Positions 36,101 through 46,556 of a DNA stretch of 64,000 bases are shown piece after piece; the stretch's first letter is position 1; every line of letters starts with the position of its first letter. The position numbers and the translations under genes were made by a program. The DNA comes from Oopsacas minuta. Lineage: Eukaryota > Animalia > Porifera. The notes under the pieces are model-generated. The model was given only the letters and a program-made list of their open reading frames with translations, was not told the DNA's origin and searched no databases. The DNA lies in NCBI GenBank assembly GCA_024704765.1, contig JAKMXF010000111.1, positions 698,619-762,618 on the forward strand, in the 5' to 3' direction.

Positions 36101-38500
36101 CCTCCATTTCCTCTCTCACTCGCTTCACTTTATCCTGCCAACTTTCCCCTGTGAATTCTAATGCAAGAGGGAATATAGGATTATTTGGAAACTCTGGTCT
36201 CTCCTTCCATACGTTATCTACCAAATTACAGGTAACAGACGTGAGCTGTATCTTATTAGATTTCAAACTTTTATTCAGATCTAAGAATCTAGGAGCTGAT
36301 ATAACATAAGGATCTATTCCAACTCGTGCGTTCTCTCCCAGCTCCTGTTTAAGCCAGTTCTCACTAGATGGTGTATCTGCCAGTCCTGACTTCATGAGAG
36401 TCCAGTTCTCATCCATTTGAGTTGTTGCTTGCAGATGATACCTAACATTCATATTAATCTTACGTCATAGTATTAATACTATTCATAAATACCTGCCATC
36501 TGTCCATAGAGCAGCTTTTCCAGGCGTGATAATAGCCGTACCAGCTGATCCGTCGAATCCAGAAATAAATGCTCTTCTCTTGTCACAGTTAGCAACATAC
36601 TCACTCTGATGAGCGTCTTCTGTAGGTACAATATAGGCTTGTAGGTTTGTATCTCCTCCTGCCATTAGAGCCCTCAACTGCTTCAGGAGATGTCCAGTTG
36701 GTTTACAACTCATGCTTAGCTAATCAACACAACAGTACCATTAAATTTGCGATAAAACTAATTTCTAAGTTACATATGACTGTTAATATCTGTTAGATTA
36801 GAAATGAATTTAATACTCATGCAGTGTAGTATAGGTGTAGCGGTATATTCACTTGCTGGTTGACATCAGGTTCTTTAATCTTACAGCTTCTCTCCTATCA
36901 GAATCTAGTCTAGCTTTCTCCCTCTGATTTTGTATACGTAGCAATCTCAGCCTGGTACTCTCCATCCCAGCATCAACTGGAGTCTCATACTCTTCAATGT
37001 TTCTCTTCAGCATATCAATCTGTGATAATGCATCTCCGTATTTACTCTTTAGTACTTCTATCTCTATCTGCATTTGTTGTATAATCTCTCTGCTACCTGT
37101 TCTCTCTTCTTCTTGTTTATCTGTCAAATATCTAATCTTATCTTCTAGTATTTTAAGAGTAGTTTTGTGTTGTCCGCTTTCATGTTTATACTTTTCCTCT
37201 AGAGCTACTTTCTCTCTTCTCAACTCCTCTTCCTTCGTTTTCCCTTCTTTCTTGATGTTCTGTATCTCTTCTAGAGTTTTTTCACATTTCAATTTCCATT
37301 TATTGACCTCTTGATGTAGTCTCATGCTCTCTTTGCTGTGCTTATCATTTGAGTCAAGTTTGATATTTTCTTTTTCCTTCTTCTTCATTTCCCGTTCCTC
37401 TTCAAGCTGTATTTTAAGATTACGAATCTCATCTGTGCTTTCTTTAGCTTTAGCACTCCAATCATTCTTAGCTTTCAAATAATTTTCTTTATCTACTTTT
37501 TCATTTGATACAAGTTCTTCTAGTTTTACTTTAAGCTCTTCCACTAGTTGTTCCAGAGAGTTAAGTTCTGTCTCAGTAGCTTGCTTACTACGACTCTTAA
37601 GTACTAGTTCAATGCTGAGTTGAGATTGTTGTTCCACTAGTCCTCTTTCCCTCTCTAGGAGAGAAGCAGCTCTGTTTTCTGCCTCCTCGTAACGATTCCT
37701 GAGTTCTATCATCTCGCTCTCTTTATTTCTCATTGCTCTCTCTACTGCATTATTTATCTCCTGGGACAGGCAATCTAATCGTGACGTAATCTGCTGTTCA
37801 GCTATGCGTGCTTGTTCTGCTACACTCTCTGTAGCTAGCATTATGTCATGCTTACCTCCTTCTAACACTTTACCAAGTCTTAACCTCATATCTTCATTCG
37901 GTACTTCAGGTATTGTTTTGCTAGTAGTCTCAATAGGGGGTAAGCGAGGAATGGAGCTGATAGAAGATGTGCTAGAGTGACTCCTGGTCATTCCTGTCTT
38001 TTCACTGGCAGCCTTGCCTTTCTTAGAATCCATGAGGAAATTAATTAGCTAACTACTACAATATTCATTAACTGTACATAAATGCTAATATTTGTAGAAT
38101 GCTATTGTGGGATTGTGATGAGAGAATATACAAATACACTATTTCAGTATCTGTGGATAATCAAACCTGGACTACGGTAGTTGATAAATCAAGAGAAGTT
38201 TGCAAGTAAGTTTAGTTCAATAATTACACAGATTATTAAAATTGATCTAAATTATATTATTTTATTTTCCAATGATAGATCATGGCAGAGCCTCAAGTTC
38301 GAACCAGTACCAGTAGTCTTCATTAAAATAGTTGGGACGTACAACTCTAATAATGAAGTAAGTATTCTAGCTCTTATATTCTTAAACTATGATTAATATT
38401 TCATTTTTAAAAGGTATTTCATTGTGTTCACTTCGAATGTCCTGACATGAGCAAACGCGATACTTTAAACCAAACAGCTGAAAGTTATTCAGAATCTTAA
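27150..38500 (+). CDS. BTBD9: BTB/POZ domain-containing protein 9 (BTB-BACK-two discoidin domains); host of six nested genes
   Basis: Exon 27150-27512 ([15 protein letters not shown]) joins 31890 ([14 protein letters not shown]). Exon ending 33429 ([12 protein letters not shown]) joins 38098 ([11 protein letters not shown]...), then SWQ...[12 protein letters not shown]|[10 protein letters not shown]; stop at 38498-38500. Confidence 0.93.
27727..28722 (-). CDS. Pentein/amidinotransferase-family protein (CtlX-like), copy A, nested in BTBD9 intron 1
   Basis: [49 protein letters not shown]; intronless. Confidence 0.85.
   Translation of the reverse strand: MYMRGVINTLRVCKSYLSNHQLISQYNTMGGPALHTQVTDSILMIRPANFSCNQQTMIDNTFQEPKKQSTQAHAQALREFDTFVSLLRSHRINVHVRTDTPDPVKPDAVFPSNWVSFHPEGVVLYPQRHENRRKERRIDIVQDFKMPGKKLIDFSIYEEEEMYLEGTGSVVLDKVNRKAYANISPRTHITLVKKFCTEMGFQPITFSAKYNDIPIYHTDVLMAVGAEFAIICLESISSKSERTFVLRSLEQDRKEVIEISIDQCSRMLGNCLQVRNSSNQLFIVMSEQARNALTSDMCQRLSKHGTILSSDLTTIETLGGGSARCMIAEIF
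29195..30190 (+). CDS. Pentein/amidinotransferase-family protein (CtlX-like), copy B, mosaic of A and C
   Basis: Protein identical to A except the C-like segment KFEPIV...MSVG. Confidence 0.85.
   Translation: MYMRGVINTLRVCKSYLSNHQLISQYNTMGGPALHTQVTDSILMIRPANFSCNQQTMIDNTFQEPKKQSTQAHAQALREFDTFVSLLRSHRINVHVRTDTPDPVKPDAVFPSNWVSFHPEGVVLYPQRHENRRKERRIDIVQDFKMPGKKLIDFSIYEEEEMYLEGTGSVVLDKVNRKAYANISPRTHITLVKKFCTEMKFEPIVFSAKYNDIPIYHTDVLMSVGAEFAIICLESISSKSERTFVLRSLEQDRKEVIEISIDQCSRMLGNCLQVRNSSNQLFIVMSEQARNALTSDMCQRLSKHGTILSSDLTTIETLGGGSARCMIAEIF
30599..31594 (-). CDS. Pentein/amidinotransferase-family protein (CtlX-like), copy C with canonical motifs
   Basis: [63 protein letters not shown]. Confidence 0.88.
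   Translation of the reverse strand: MVMRGVINTSRVYSSHIFFNHQITARYTTKKDNLYTQVTDTLLMIQPVNFHCNDMTKTDNTFQVSKNSPINPQAQALREFNTLVSLLRSHRINVYVRKDTPEPVKPDAVFPNNWVSFHPEGVVLYPMRAENRRYERRIDVLKELIGKGKKYTDFSKLEEEEMYLEGTGSLVLDRVNRKAYANISPRTHITLVKKFCTELKFEPIVFSAKYNDIPIYHTNVLMSVGAEFAIICLESISSKSERTFVLRSLEQDRKEVIEISIDQCSRMLGNCLQVRNSSNQLFIVMSEQARNALTSDMCQRLSKHGTILSSDLTTIETLGGGSARCMIAEIY
31664..31811. mobile_element. MITE family C, full copy
   Basis: TA-CATTCAACCACCGTTATATCGAA ... ATACAACGGAAGTTGACTG-TA. Confidence 0.7.
33024..33191. mobile_element. MITE family C, full copy in a BTBD9 intron
   Basis: TIRs CAGTAAACTTCTGTTATATCGAA / TTCGATATAACAAGAGTTTACTG. Confidence 0.75.
33527..34081 (-). CDS. COMMD8: COMM domain-containing protein 8; nested antisense in BTBD9 intron 33430-38097
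   Basis: [31 protein letters not shown] domain. Confidence 0.85.
   Translation of the reverse strand: MEVLNKLSPIEEVLKLVHLFINELVWSKPPEFEHYRSIFTSKEWSSFKLEFNKLKEACQADGFAKSIVLKYLADLPEDRKPTIEIQTAIAECFETRKEELHKYLLSETDSITGVGNVLKDIDWSVNVVMASDTMGSLRQPLLNLTLHMEGDEGRNTEQLELSHDELKMLITSMDAAYKSSLQML
34723..36713 (-). CDS. XPNPEP1: Xaa-Pro aminopeptidase 1, four exons; nested antisense in the BTBD9 intron
   Basis: [82 protein letters not shown]. Confidence 0.95.
36849..38033 (-). CDS. Uncharacterised coiled-coil protein; nested antisense in the BTBD9 intron
   Basis: 394-aa E/K-rich heptad ORF; no family recognised. Confidence 0.7.
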   Translation of the reverse strand: MDSKKGKAASEKTGMTRSHSSTSSISSIPRLPPIETTSKTIPEVPNEDMRLRLGKVLEGGKHDIMLATESVAEQARIAEQQITSRLDCLSQEINNAVERAMRNKESEMIELRNRYEEAENRAASLLERERGLVEQQSQLSIELVLKSRSKQATETELNSLEQLVEELKVKLEELVSNEKVDKENYLKAKNDWSAKAKESTDEIRNLKIQLEEEREMKKKEKENIKLDSNDKHSKESMRLHQEVNKWKLKCEKTLEEIQNIKKEGKTKEEELRREKVALEEKYKHESGQHKTTLKILEDKIRYLTDKQEEERTGSREIIQQMQIEIEVLKSKYGDALSQIDMLKRNIEEYETPVDAGMESTRLRLLRIQNQREKARLDSDRREAVRLKNLMSTSK

Positions 38501-38795
38501 CAGATAAGATTAATCTCTAAAAATATTTTATCTATGTACTAACGTTATGTAAATAATACATCGCATAGCTACACTACATACACGGTGCAATAACACCAAG
38601 CAACATATACCTTTTTATCTAATCAAGCCTCCCATTCCAAGATAATTGTTACCAGAGTGATCTCTACAACCCGATATTCTGTTATTAATCAAATGGACAG
38701 ATTGACAAAATATTATATATTATATTGTTATTATTATATAATAATTATTAAGAATACTGGGCCAATATTAAAATGATAAAACAATCTCATCACCA

Positions 38796-38864
38796 CAGCG
38801 GAGCCTCCACAAACGGGTTAGCATTTTCTGCGTCTCTAGTACCCCTTTAGTGGAGGTTACACTG
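38796..38864. mobile_element. MITE family A, internally deleted copy
   Basis: CAGCGGAGCCTCCACAAACGGG ... GTGGAGGTTACACTG-TA. Confidence 0.65.
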
Positions 38865-38891
38865 TACATGATTAAATAAATAGCTTATATA

Positions 38892-39890
38892 ATGTCTGGG
38901 TCACCATCTGGCCTGAATAATGCTATAGATCAAGACTGTCAACGAATCCTCTCTGCTTATGCTGAGCTACAAACAGTAAGGTTCGCTCAATTTGCAGAGA
39001 AATGGAGAGAAATTAATTTCGTGTATGCTCACTGTGCTGTGAAAGACGGTAGAGATAAGCAAGATAGAGATAGACACGACCTAACTATATCACTGTTAAC
39101 CTGTGCCTCTAAATATTTATCATCTGATTATCCATTTGAAGTCCGTATCGGTTCTCTATACCTCTTATATTGCTTATACTTTACACAGTTGAGCGATCCG
39201 AAAGCTAAAATCCGTCTTGATCCAGTTCTACTAGAAGACCTATCTAGTCTCCATCATAAGATAACATCTGATAAACATAGTGATGCTGACTACATATTGA
39301 GACGGTTGAAGGAAGATTATGCATTCCATATAGTTGCTACACTAACACAGATGTCAATGCGTTATCATGCTACAGTCCCTACACATACAGAAGAGTTGGA
39401 GCTATTTCTAAGAGACGATCACTCGTATATTAATCTATTGTTCAGTACTAATACGCTGCAGGCATTTCATCAGGTGCACTCTGAATATGAAGAAATAAAA
39501 TCACTAATTTCACAGCAACATCCCTCTCTCTTCTCTAGTAGTCACAAGGACTTACCAGAAAAGTTGTACTCAGATATACAGGCGTATATAGATTGGAGAG
39601 TACAACATAGAAATTCTCTAGCAGAGAATAAAGAGCACGAAAAGTTACACCTAACACCTCTCTGTAAGACCCCGGCCAAGAAGGATGCTGAGAAAGCTGT
39701 CTCTCCAACACTGAAGGAGGTTGTCCCGATTAAGACATCACTCCTTACCCCTCCGGGCAAGCCTGTTACACCGTCTGCTAAATTGAAAAAGACTACTCCT
39801 ACGAAACGTACTAAACCAAGGATGAGAATGAAGCTCAGAAGTAAGAAAGTATCAAGGAAGAGAGTGAAGAAAATAGAAAGCAAGAAATAA
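38892..39890 (+). CDS. SNAPC1: snRNA-activating protein complex subunit 1 (SNAP43)
   Basis: VRFAQFAEKWRE..F, VRIGSLYLLYCLYFTQ...KIRL, HSDADYILRRL...AFH. Confidence 0.85.
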   Translation: MSGSPSGLNNAIDQDCQRILSAYAELQTVRFAQFAEKWREINFVYAHCAVKDGRDKQDRDRHDLTISLLTCASKYLSSDYPFEVRIGSLYLLYCLYFTQLSDPKAKIRLDPVLLEDLSSLHHKITSDKHSDADYILRRLKEDYAFHIVATLTQMSMRYHATVPTHTEELELFLRDDHSYINLLFSTNTLQAFHQVHSEYEEIKSLISQQHPSLFSSSHKDLPEKLYSDIQAYIDWRVQHRNSLAENKEHEKLHLTPLCKTPAKKDAEKAVSPTLKEVVPIKTSLLTPPGKPVTPSAKLKKTTPTKRTKPRMRMKLRSKKVSRKRVKKIESKK

Positions 39891-40087
39891 TAATAATTTC
39901 ATAAATTCACTTCATTATTTTGTTGATCTCGAATATTAAAAATCCGCTTAATACTGCCACACAAGAATGTAGTACATAATTTTCCACTTTTTAGATGACT
40001 AGCGTACATTCTAAAAATAGTAACAACAGTTACGACAGATAAGATTAGTTGTATTTGGCTATAAATTGTAAATTAGTTGAGATGTGA

Positions 40088-43000
40088 ATGGTCTATACTT
40101 TGATCAAGGGGATAAGAAAGTTCACTAGTTTATATTCAATAAATACAAATACACCAGCAAAAATATACAAGAGAATGGCTACAAACGGAACAGATACAAA
40201 GCTGACATTGGAAGAAATTGAGAGGAAAAAGAGAAAAGAAATAGAAAAACAATTGAAAGCGGAAAAATTCGCTAAAAAACAACAAGCTGCTGCTAATATT
40301 GGTAGCGGTAAGAAAGAAGCAAAATCTAAGCCTGTTACTAAGAGCAAGGGTCCTGAAACTACAGATTACAAATGGAACCATCCCCCTGGAGAGAGGAAAG
40401 ATACTTCTAGGGAATTACCGACTACATATCAGCCTAGGTACGTAGAAGCCGCTTGGTATGAGTGGTGGGAAAAGCAAGGCTTTTTCAAGCCGGAGTACGG
40501 ACAAAAAGCCGATACACCAAATACAAAGGGTACATTTATGATATGTATCCCTCCTCCTAACGTCACAGGCAGTCTACATCTGGGACATGCTCTGACTCAG
40601 AGTATTGAGGATGCAATAGTGAGATGGCAGAGGAGTAAAGGGAAGATTACCCTCTGGAATCCTGGATGTGATCATGCCGGTATTGCTACACAAGTAGTGG
40701 TAGAGAAGAAATTAATGAGGGAGAAGAAAATGACTAGACATGACATAGGGAGGGAAGAGTTCCTGAAACTGGTGTGGTCCTGGAAAGAGGAGAAGGAGGG
40801 GAGGATATACGAGCAAATAAAGCGACTAGGAGCTTCCTGTGATTGGGACAGAGCCTTCTTCACTATGGAACCTAAGCTATACACTGCAGTTACTGAGACA
40901 TTCATTAGACTACACAGAGACGGTCTTATATACAGAGCTAATCGTCTTGTTAACTGGTCTTGTGAGTTAAGATCAGCTATATCAGACATAGAGGTAGATC
41001 CTTAAACTTAAACATATACATTAGAAACTCATTAATACGGATTTCCGGATTAGACGAACAAATATTTACGAAAATCAGGTATCTAGGGTGGTTATTCGAT
41101 TGCCTTTACACTGGTTAATACGAACTCCGGGATATAGGAAAAATTTTAAGCGTTCGTTGGTGTTTGTATTAATGAGGCTCCAATGTATTTCTATACTCTC
41201 TTGTATTATTGTATTGTTATAACAGGTCAATAAGAAAGAGCTAGCAGGACGTACACTGCTAAATGTACCTAACTATGATGATAAAGTAGAGTTCGGTATT
41301 CTATGGAGCTTTGCCTATCCTATAATAGGAGGTGGGGAGATAGTAGTAGCTACTACACGTCCTGAGACAATGCTAGGAGATACTGCAATAGCTGTTAACC
41401 CAAAAGATCCCCGATACACACAGCTAATAGGAAACTTGTGTCAACATCCGTTCCTGCCTAGACAGATACCAATTATATCCGATGATAGTGTTAATATAGA
41501 GTTTGGTACTGGAGCTGTTAAAATAACTCCAGCACATGATCATAATGACTATGAGCTAGGAAATAAACATAAACTTGAGTTCATAGAGGTTATTGATCAG
41601 TATGGTATCATGAAGGATATTTGTGGTCCTCAGTTTGCTAACAAGAAGAGGTTTGATTGTCGTACACTTGTAGTAGAAGCTTTGAAAGAGAAAGGATTAT
41701 ACAAAGACAGTGTGGAGCATGAGATGGTGGTACCTGTATGTAGCAGGTAAGGGATAACTACTTGTATAAATTTCATATTACAAACTTAACTAACTGTGAT
41801 TGTATTCAGGTCTAAAGATATAATAGAACCTTTATTGAAGCCGCAGTGGTATATGAACTGTGATGAGTTGTCTAAAGAGGCAATGCAGGTAGTGAAGGAT
41901 GGTCGATTGAAGATAATCCCATCCAGTCATGATAAGGTGTGGTACTCCTGGTTAGAGAACTGTAGACAGTGGTGTATATCCAGACAGCTATGGTGGGGAC
42001 ATAGAATACCAGCTTATAGTGTCACTATAGAGGGACAGAAACCATTAACAGATCAGGAAAGCTTAGCGTACTGGGTAAGTATTACATCATACAATTATCA
42101 CCTGTTATATCTAACACGGATATATTGAAGTCTCAAATTGTACAAATATGGTCCCAACCGTCAAAAGTAAAATAAATTGCATCAATTATATCGAACTCAT
42201 AAATGATTAATAGGTGAGTGGGAGGAATGAAGAAGAAGCTAGAGAATACGCAGCTGGTAAGTTTAAAGTAAGCGCAGACAAAATAACTCTAAAACAGGAT
42301 GAAGATGTGCTGGACACTTGGTTCTCATCTGGTCTCCTCCCTATGTCTATATTCGGTTGGCCTAATATAGAACAGAATTCAAATTACAAACAGTTTTACC
42401 CTGGATCTCTGCTAGAGACTGGACATGATATCTTATTCTTCTGGGTAGCTAGAATGGTAATGTTTGCTCTTAAGCTAACAGGAGAGGTTCCGTTTAAAGA
42501 GGTGTATCTACATGCTATGGTTAGGGATGCACATGGTAGGAAGATGAGTAAGAGTTTAGGAAATGTTATTGATCCTCTGGATGTGAGAAATGGAATTACG
42601 TTAGAAGTTAGTTAGATAACTCCAATTATTTCTCAATATTTATTATTATATTTCCAATGTAGGAACTCAATAAACTGCTGGAGGAAGGAAACTTAGATCC
42701 GAAAGAAATAGAGAAAGCGAAAGAAGGTCAAAAGCGAGACTATCCAGATGGGATAGTAGAATGTGGTACAGATGCTGTGAGATTCGGTCTGTGTGCTTAC
42801 ACCTCACAGGGCCGTGATATTAACCTGGATATTAAGCGGATTGTAGCTTACAAACATTTTTGTAACAAAATATGGAATGCTATGAACTTTATACGAGGCA
42901 AATTGGGGAATAATTTCATTCCCTTGAAAGAGGAAAGTGAACTTTACACTCGATTGGATGGTAAAATAAACTCATGGATAATGAGTAGATTAGCTGAGAC

Positions 43001-43865
43001 AGTTGATCTCGTGAACCAGGGATTCGAAACTTACAATTTCACCCAGGCCACCACTGCTGTATACAACTTTTGGCTATATGATCTATGTGACGTGTATTTA
43101 GAGGTTGTGAAGCCTGTTATGCTTGGAGACAATGAAGGAGAAAAGGAATGTATCAGACAGGTAATTTGAGTATAATACGCGATATTATTTGAGAGTTGAT
43201 ACTTGATTATATCATAGACACTATACACATGCTCTGAGACAGCATTGAGGCTATTCAGTCCCTTCATGCCGTTCATAACAGAGGAATTATTCCAGAGACT
43301 ACCCAGACGTAACTCTGATACAGATCCTCCTTCCATTTGTGTTACTCCATTCCCAGAGTCCCTCTCTACAAGGAGACCAGCTATTGAGATGGAGTTTACT
43401 CTTGTACAGGAGTTAGTACATGTTATCAGAAGACTTAAGAGCGAGTATCTAGACAATAAAACCAGACCTGCTATAATAGTACAGACACAAGATCCTGATA
43501 TAGCTAATCTCGTCGATAAATACATGAATGATGTTATATCTCTGGCTAAGATAGATCAATTGCAGTTAGACAGTTCTAATCAACCTCCTCCTGGTTGTAC
43601 AATGTCTCAGCTTAATGATAAATGTGCTGTGTTCTTAGTTGTGAAAGGAGTTGTAGATATACCCGAAGAGATAGCTAAACTAAACGTGAGGAGAGATAAG
43701 ACACTAACTCGGTTGCAAGATATAGTTAACAGGACACAACAGCCTGGATATGAGAAGGTACCCGAAGATGTGCGTGGTGAAAATAAGAGGAAACAGGGTC
43801 GGATAGAAGCTGAACTCGCTGAGCTGGATAAGGTGATACAATCTCTAGTTAACATTGACAAGTGA
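40088..43865 (+). CDS. VARS1: Valyl-tRNA synthetase, six exons, with a 29-aa N-terminal extension before a second Met at 40175
   Basis: [61 protein letters not shown]. Confidence 0.96.
41019..41185. mobile_element. MITE family B in a VARS intron
   Basis: TA-CATTAGAAACTCATTAATAC ... GTATTAATGAGGCTCCAATG-TA. Confidence 0.7.
42102..42200. mobile_element. MITE family C, partial copy in a VARS intron
   Basis: GTTATATCTAAC ... AATTGTACAAATATGGTCCCAACCGTCAAAAG. Confidence 0.6.
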
Positions 43866-44017
43866 CCTGTCAAACTATTAGAATAGCATTAGAATAGCAT
43901 TAGAATAGAATTTAGATATATTTCAATAGCACATACAAATGTATTTACAAGTTACACTAAATACGTATGACGAATTTGTTTCATAAAATTAATTAGCAAT
44001 CTGATCACTTATCTGAT

Positions 44018-44560
44018 ATGTCAGCATCTACCAGTTCTCTACCAGTATCAGGAGCTAGTCAGTTCGCTCACAAGAGTAGTTTATCAGCTGCTGCTAAGCG
44101 GAGGAAGAGGAAGGAGCTGAGTGAGGAGCAACGGCAAGAAATCAGAGATGCTTTTGAACTGTTTGATTCTGATAAAGACAGCTATATTGACTATCATGAG
44201 TTGAAGGTAGCAATGAGAGCACTCGGATTCGAAGTTAAGAAGCAAGATGTATTGAAGGTACTCAGAGAGTATGAAAGAGATGGAAACGGTAGAATATCAT
44301 TTGATGATTTCTACGAGGTTATGAGTGACTGGGTGTTAGGTAGAGATCCGAGGGAAGAAGTTATGAAAGCTTTCCAGTTGTTTGATGATGACGAAACTGG
44401 TAAGATAAGTTTGAGGAATTTGAGACGAATTGCAAGAGAACTAGGGGAGAATATGCCAGATGAAGAGCTGAGAGCTATGATAGATGAGTTTGATACTGAT
44501 GGAGATGGTGAAATACATCTGGATGATTTTGTGTCAATTATGACAGGTGACACTGACTAG
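44018..44560 (+). CDS. CETN3: Centrin-3
   Basis: [54 protein letters not shown]; four EF-hands. Confidence 0.93.
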   Translation: MSASTSSLPVSGASQFAHKSSLSAAAKRRKRKELSEEQRQEIRDAFELFDSDKDSYIDYHELKVAMRALGFEVKKQDVLKVLREYERDGNGRISFDDFYEVMSDWVLGRDPREEVMKAFQLFDDDETGKISLRNLRRIARELGENMPDEELRAMIDEFDTDGDGEIHLDDFVSIMTGDTD

Positions 44561-44751
44561 TTATTGGGTAATAAACAATCTTATTAATTATTACAATTAC
44601 ATTACACGACAATACATTAATTAACCGCTAAGAAAGTATAAAATTTATTAACAGGCCCGCGAAAATTATCCGCCAAATTAGTAACTCCTGTGTATTCATT
44701 ATTTCGCGTTATATAAGAGAAATAGAATTGTTAGACTCATAAATCTCGCAA

Positions 44752-45459
44752 ATGGCAGAAACAAGCAAACCTATCTTTGAGAAGGGAGAAGAGTTGAAGG
44801 ATCAATGGAAGAGTACAGCTTCTGACTACAATGAAGCTGATACAGAACTTAAGATTTGTGGGAAACCTGTCATGGAGCGCTGGGAGACACCCTACATGCA
44901 CAAACTAGCTGAAGCAGCTACGAGCAACGGAGGTAAGATACTAGAGATTGGATTTGGTCTTGGTATTGCTGCTGGTCATATAGAGTCACAACCTAATATA
45001 ACCGAGCATGTAATCATTGAGTGTAATGACGGTGTGTTCAAACGACTGGAAGATTGGGGGAAAGAGCAGAAATACAAAGTTACTCCACTACACGGCTTGT
45101 GGGAGGATGTAGTGCCTAAACTACCTGATGGAGAGTTTGATGGTATACTGTATGATACTTATCCACTCAGTGAAGAAACTTGGCACACCCACCAATTCAA
45201 TTTTATCTTACCACACGCAATGCGTCTCTTAAAACCAGGTGGAGTCCTGACCTACTGTAACCTGACCTCTTGGGGAGACCTGCTTAAGGGTAAGTACTCG
45301 GATATAGAACTCATGTTCAAAGAAACACAGATACCCAAGCTAGTAGAAGCTGGTTTCCAAGAGGGGAATATCTTTACATCTACCATAGATATAGTCCCTC
45401 CCACAGAATGTGAGTACTATAGTCACAACAAGATGATAGTACCTCTCATCAAGAGTTAA
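44752..45459 (+). CDS. GAMT: Guanidinoacetate N-methyltransferase
   Basis: [67 protein letters not shown]. Confidence 0.96.
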   Translation: MAETSKPIFEKGEELKDQWKSTASDYNEADTELKICGKPVMERWETPYMHKLAEAATSNGGKILEIGFGLGIAAGHIESQPNITEHVIIECNDGVFKRLEDWGKEQKYKVTPLHGLWEDVVPKLPDGEFDGILYDTYPLSEETWHTHQFNFILPHAMRLLKPGGVLTYCNLTSWGDLLKGKYSDIELMFKETQIPKLVEAGFQEGNIFTSTIDIVPPTECEYYSHNKMIVPLIKS

Positions 45460-45558
45460 ACTTCTCACTCTTACTCTCCTATTTATGCTAGTGAATCGCT
45501 TATAACTTGTAGCATGTATAATATATATTGTACTATTAACGAAATATCAAATACACTA

Positions 45559-46455
45559 ATGGTAAAAATTCTCCCATTAGCTGATATGCTGTATCGTATT
45601 CTGAGAATATTTCCCAATATTTTGTCATCTAACACTCCACTTAACCAACTTTTCTTGAGAACACTCACTTCTGAAAACTATAAAAGCCTGAAAGTTGAGA
45701 AGGTTGGTAGAAACAACTGTGTCCATCTAATCCAGTTAAACCGGCCTCATACACTTAATGCGCTATGTGATTCACTCCTCAGTGAGCTAACGAAATCTCT
45801 TCAATCAGCTGACATAGATAACTCAACAGCTGCTATTGTACTTACAGGGAATGATAGAGCATTTGCAGTAGGAGCTGATATAAGAGAGATGCAACATATG
45901 AATCTACAGAGTTGTTACAATAGAGAATTGCTAGTAGAATGGAGTATAGTAAGGAGTATTAGGAAACCTATTATAGCTGCTGTTAATGGATATGCATTAG
46001 GGGGAGGTTGCGAGTTAGCAATGATGTGTGACGTCATATATGCAGGGACATGTGCTAAATTCGGACAACCAGAGATCAATTTGGGGACTATCCCGGGCAT
46101 GGGAGGGAGTCAGAGATTGCCCAGAGTTGTAGGGAAGTCCCTGGCTATGGAGATGTGTCTGTCTGGGGGACCAATAGACGCGACACAAGCATTAAGCTTT
46201 GGATTAGTAAGTAAGGTATGTGAACCCGATTGTGTAGTGCAGGAGGCAATCAAATTAGCAGAAAGAATAGCTAAGAAGTCTAAACTAATGGTATCATTAT
46301 GTAAAGAGGCAGTTAGTAGTGCTTACGAATTGAATCTGCAGGAAGGACTGAATTGTGAAAGGAATTTATTCTATACAACATTTGCTACTAAAGATAACAC
46401 AGAAGGGATTAATGCTCATTTGAGCAAACGGAAACCTAAGTTTATAGATAATTAA
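45559..46455 (+). CDS. ECHS1: Mitochondrial short-chain enoyl-CoA hydratase
   Basis: LNRP..LNALC, AFAVGADIREM, AVNGYALGGGCELAMMCD, FGQPEINLGTIPG.GGSQRL; start codon choice uncertain. Confidence 0.9.
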   Translation: MVKILPLADMLYRILRIFPNILSSNTPLNQLFLRTLTSENYKSLKVEKVGRNNCVHLIQLNRPHTLNALCDSLLSELTKSLQSADIDNSTAAIVLTGNDRAFAVGADIREMQHMNLQSCYNRELLVEWSIVRSIRKPIIAAVNGYALGGGCELAMMCDVIYAGTCAKFGQPEINLGTIPGMGGSQRLPRVVGKSLAMEMCLSGGPIDATQALSFGLVSKVCEPDCVVQEAIKLAERIAKKSKLMVSLCKEAVSSAYELNLQEGLNCERNLFYTTFATKDNTEGINAHLSKRKPKFIDN

Positions 46456-46556
46456 TGTCTGATTCCATATAAGAAGCAGCTTATAATAATCCAACAATTT
46501 ATACCTACAAACAGCTAATATTATCAGTTCAATAAATTAGCTCATATTTCGGGGCA

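Noticed and set aside
43878-43915. Short tandem repeat (TAGAATAGCAT) x2-3, and a ~22-bp duplication at ~56980-57020
   Set aside because: Ordinary slippage duplications; no spacers, so not CRISPR-like.
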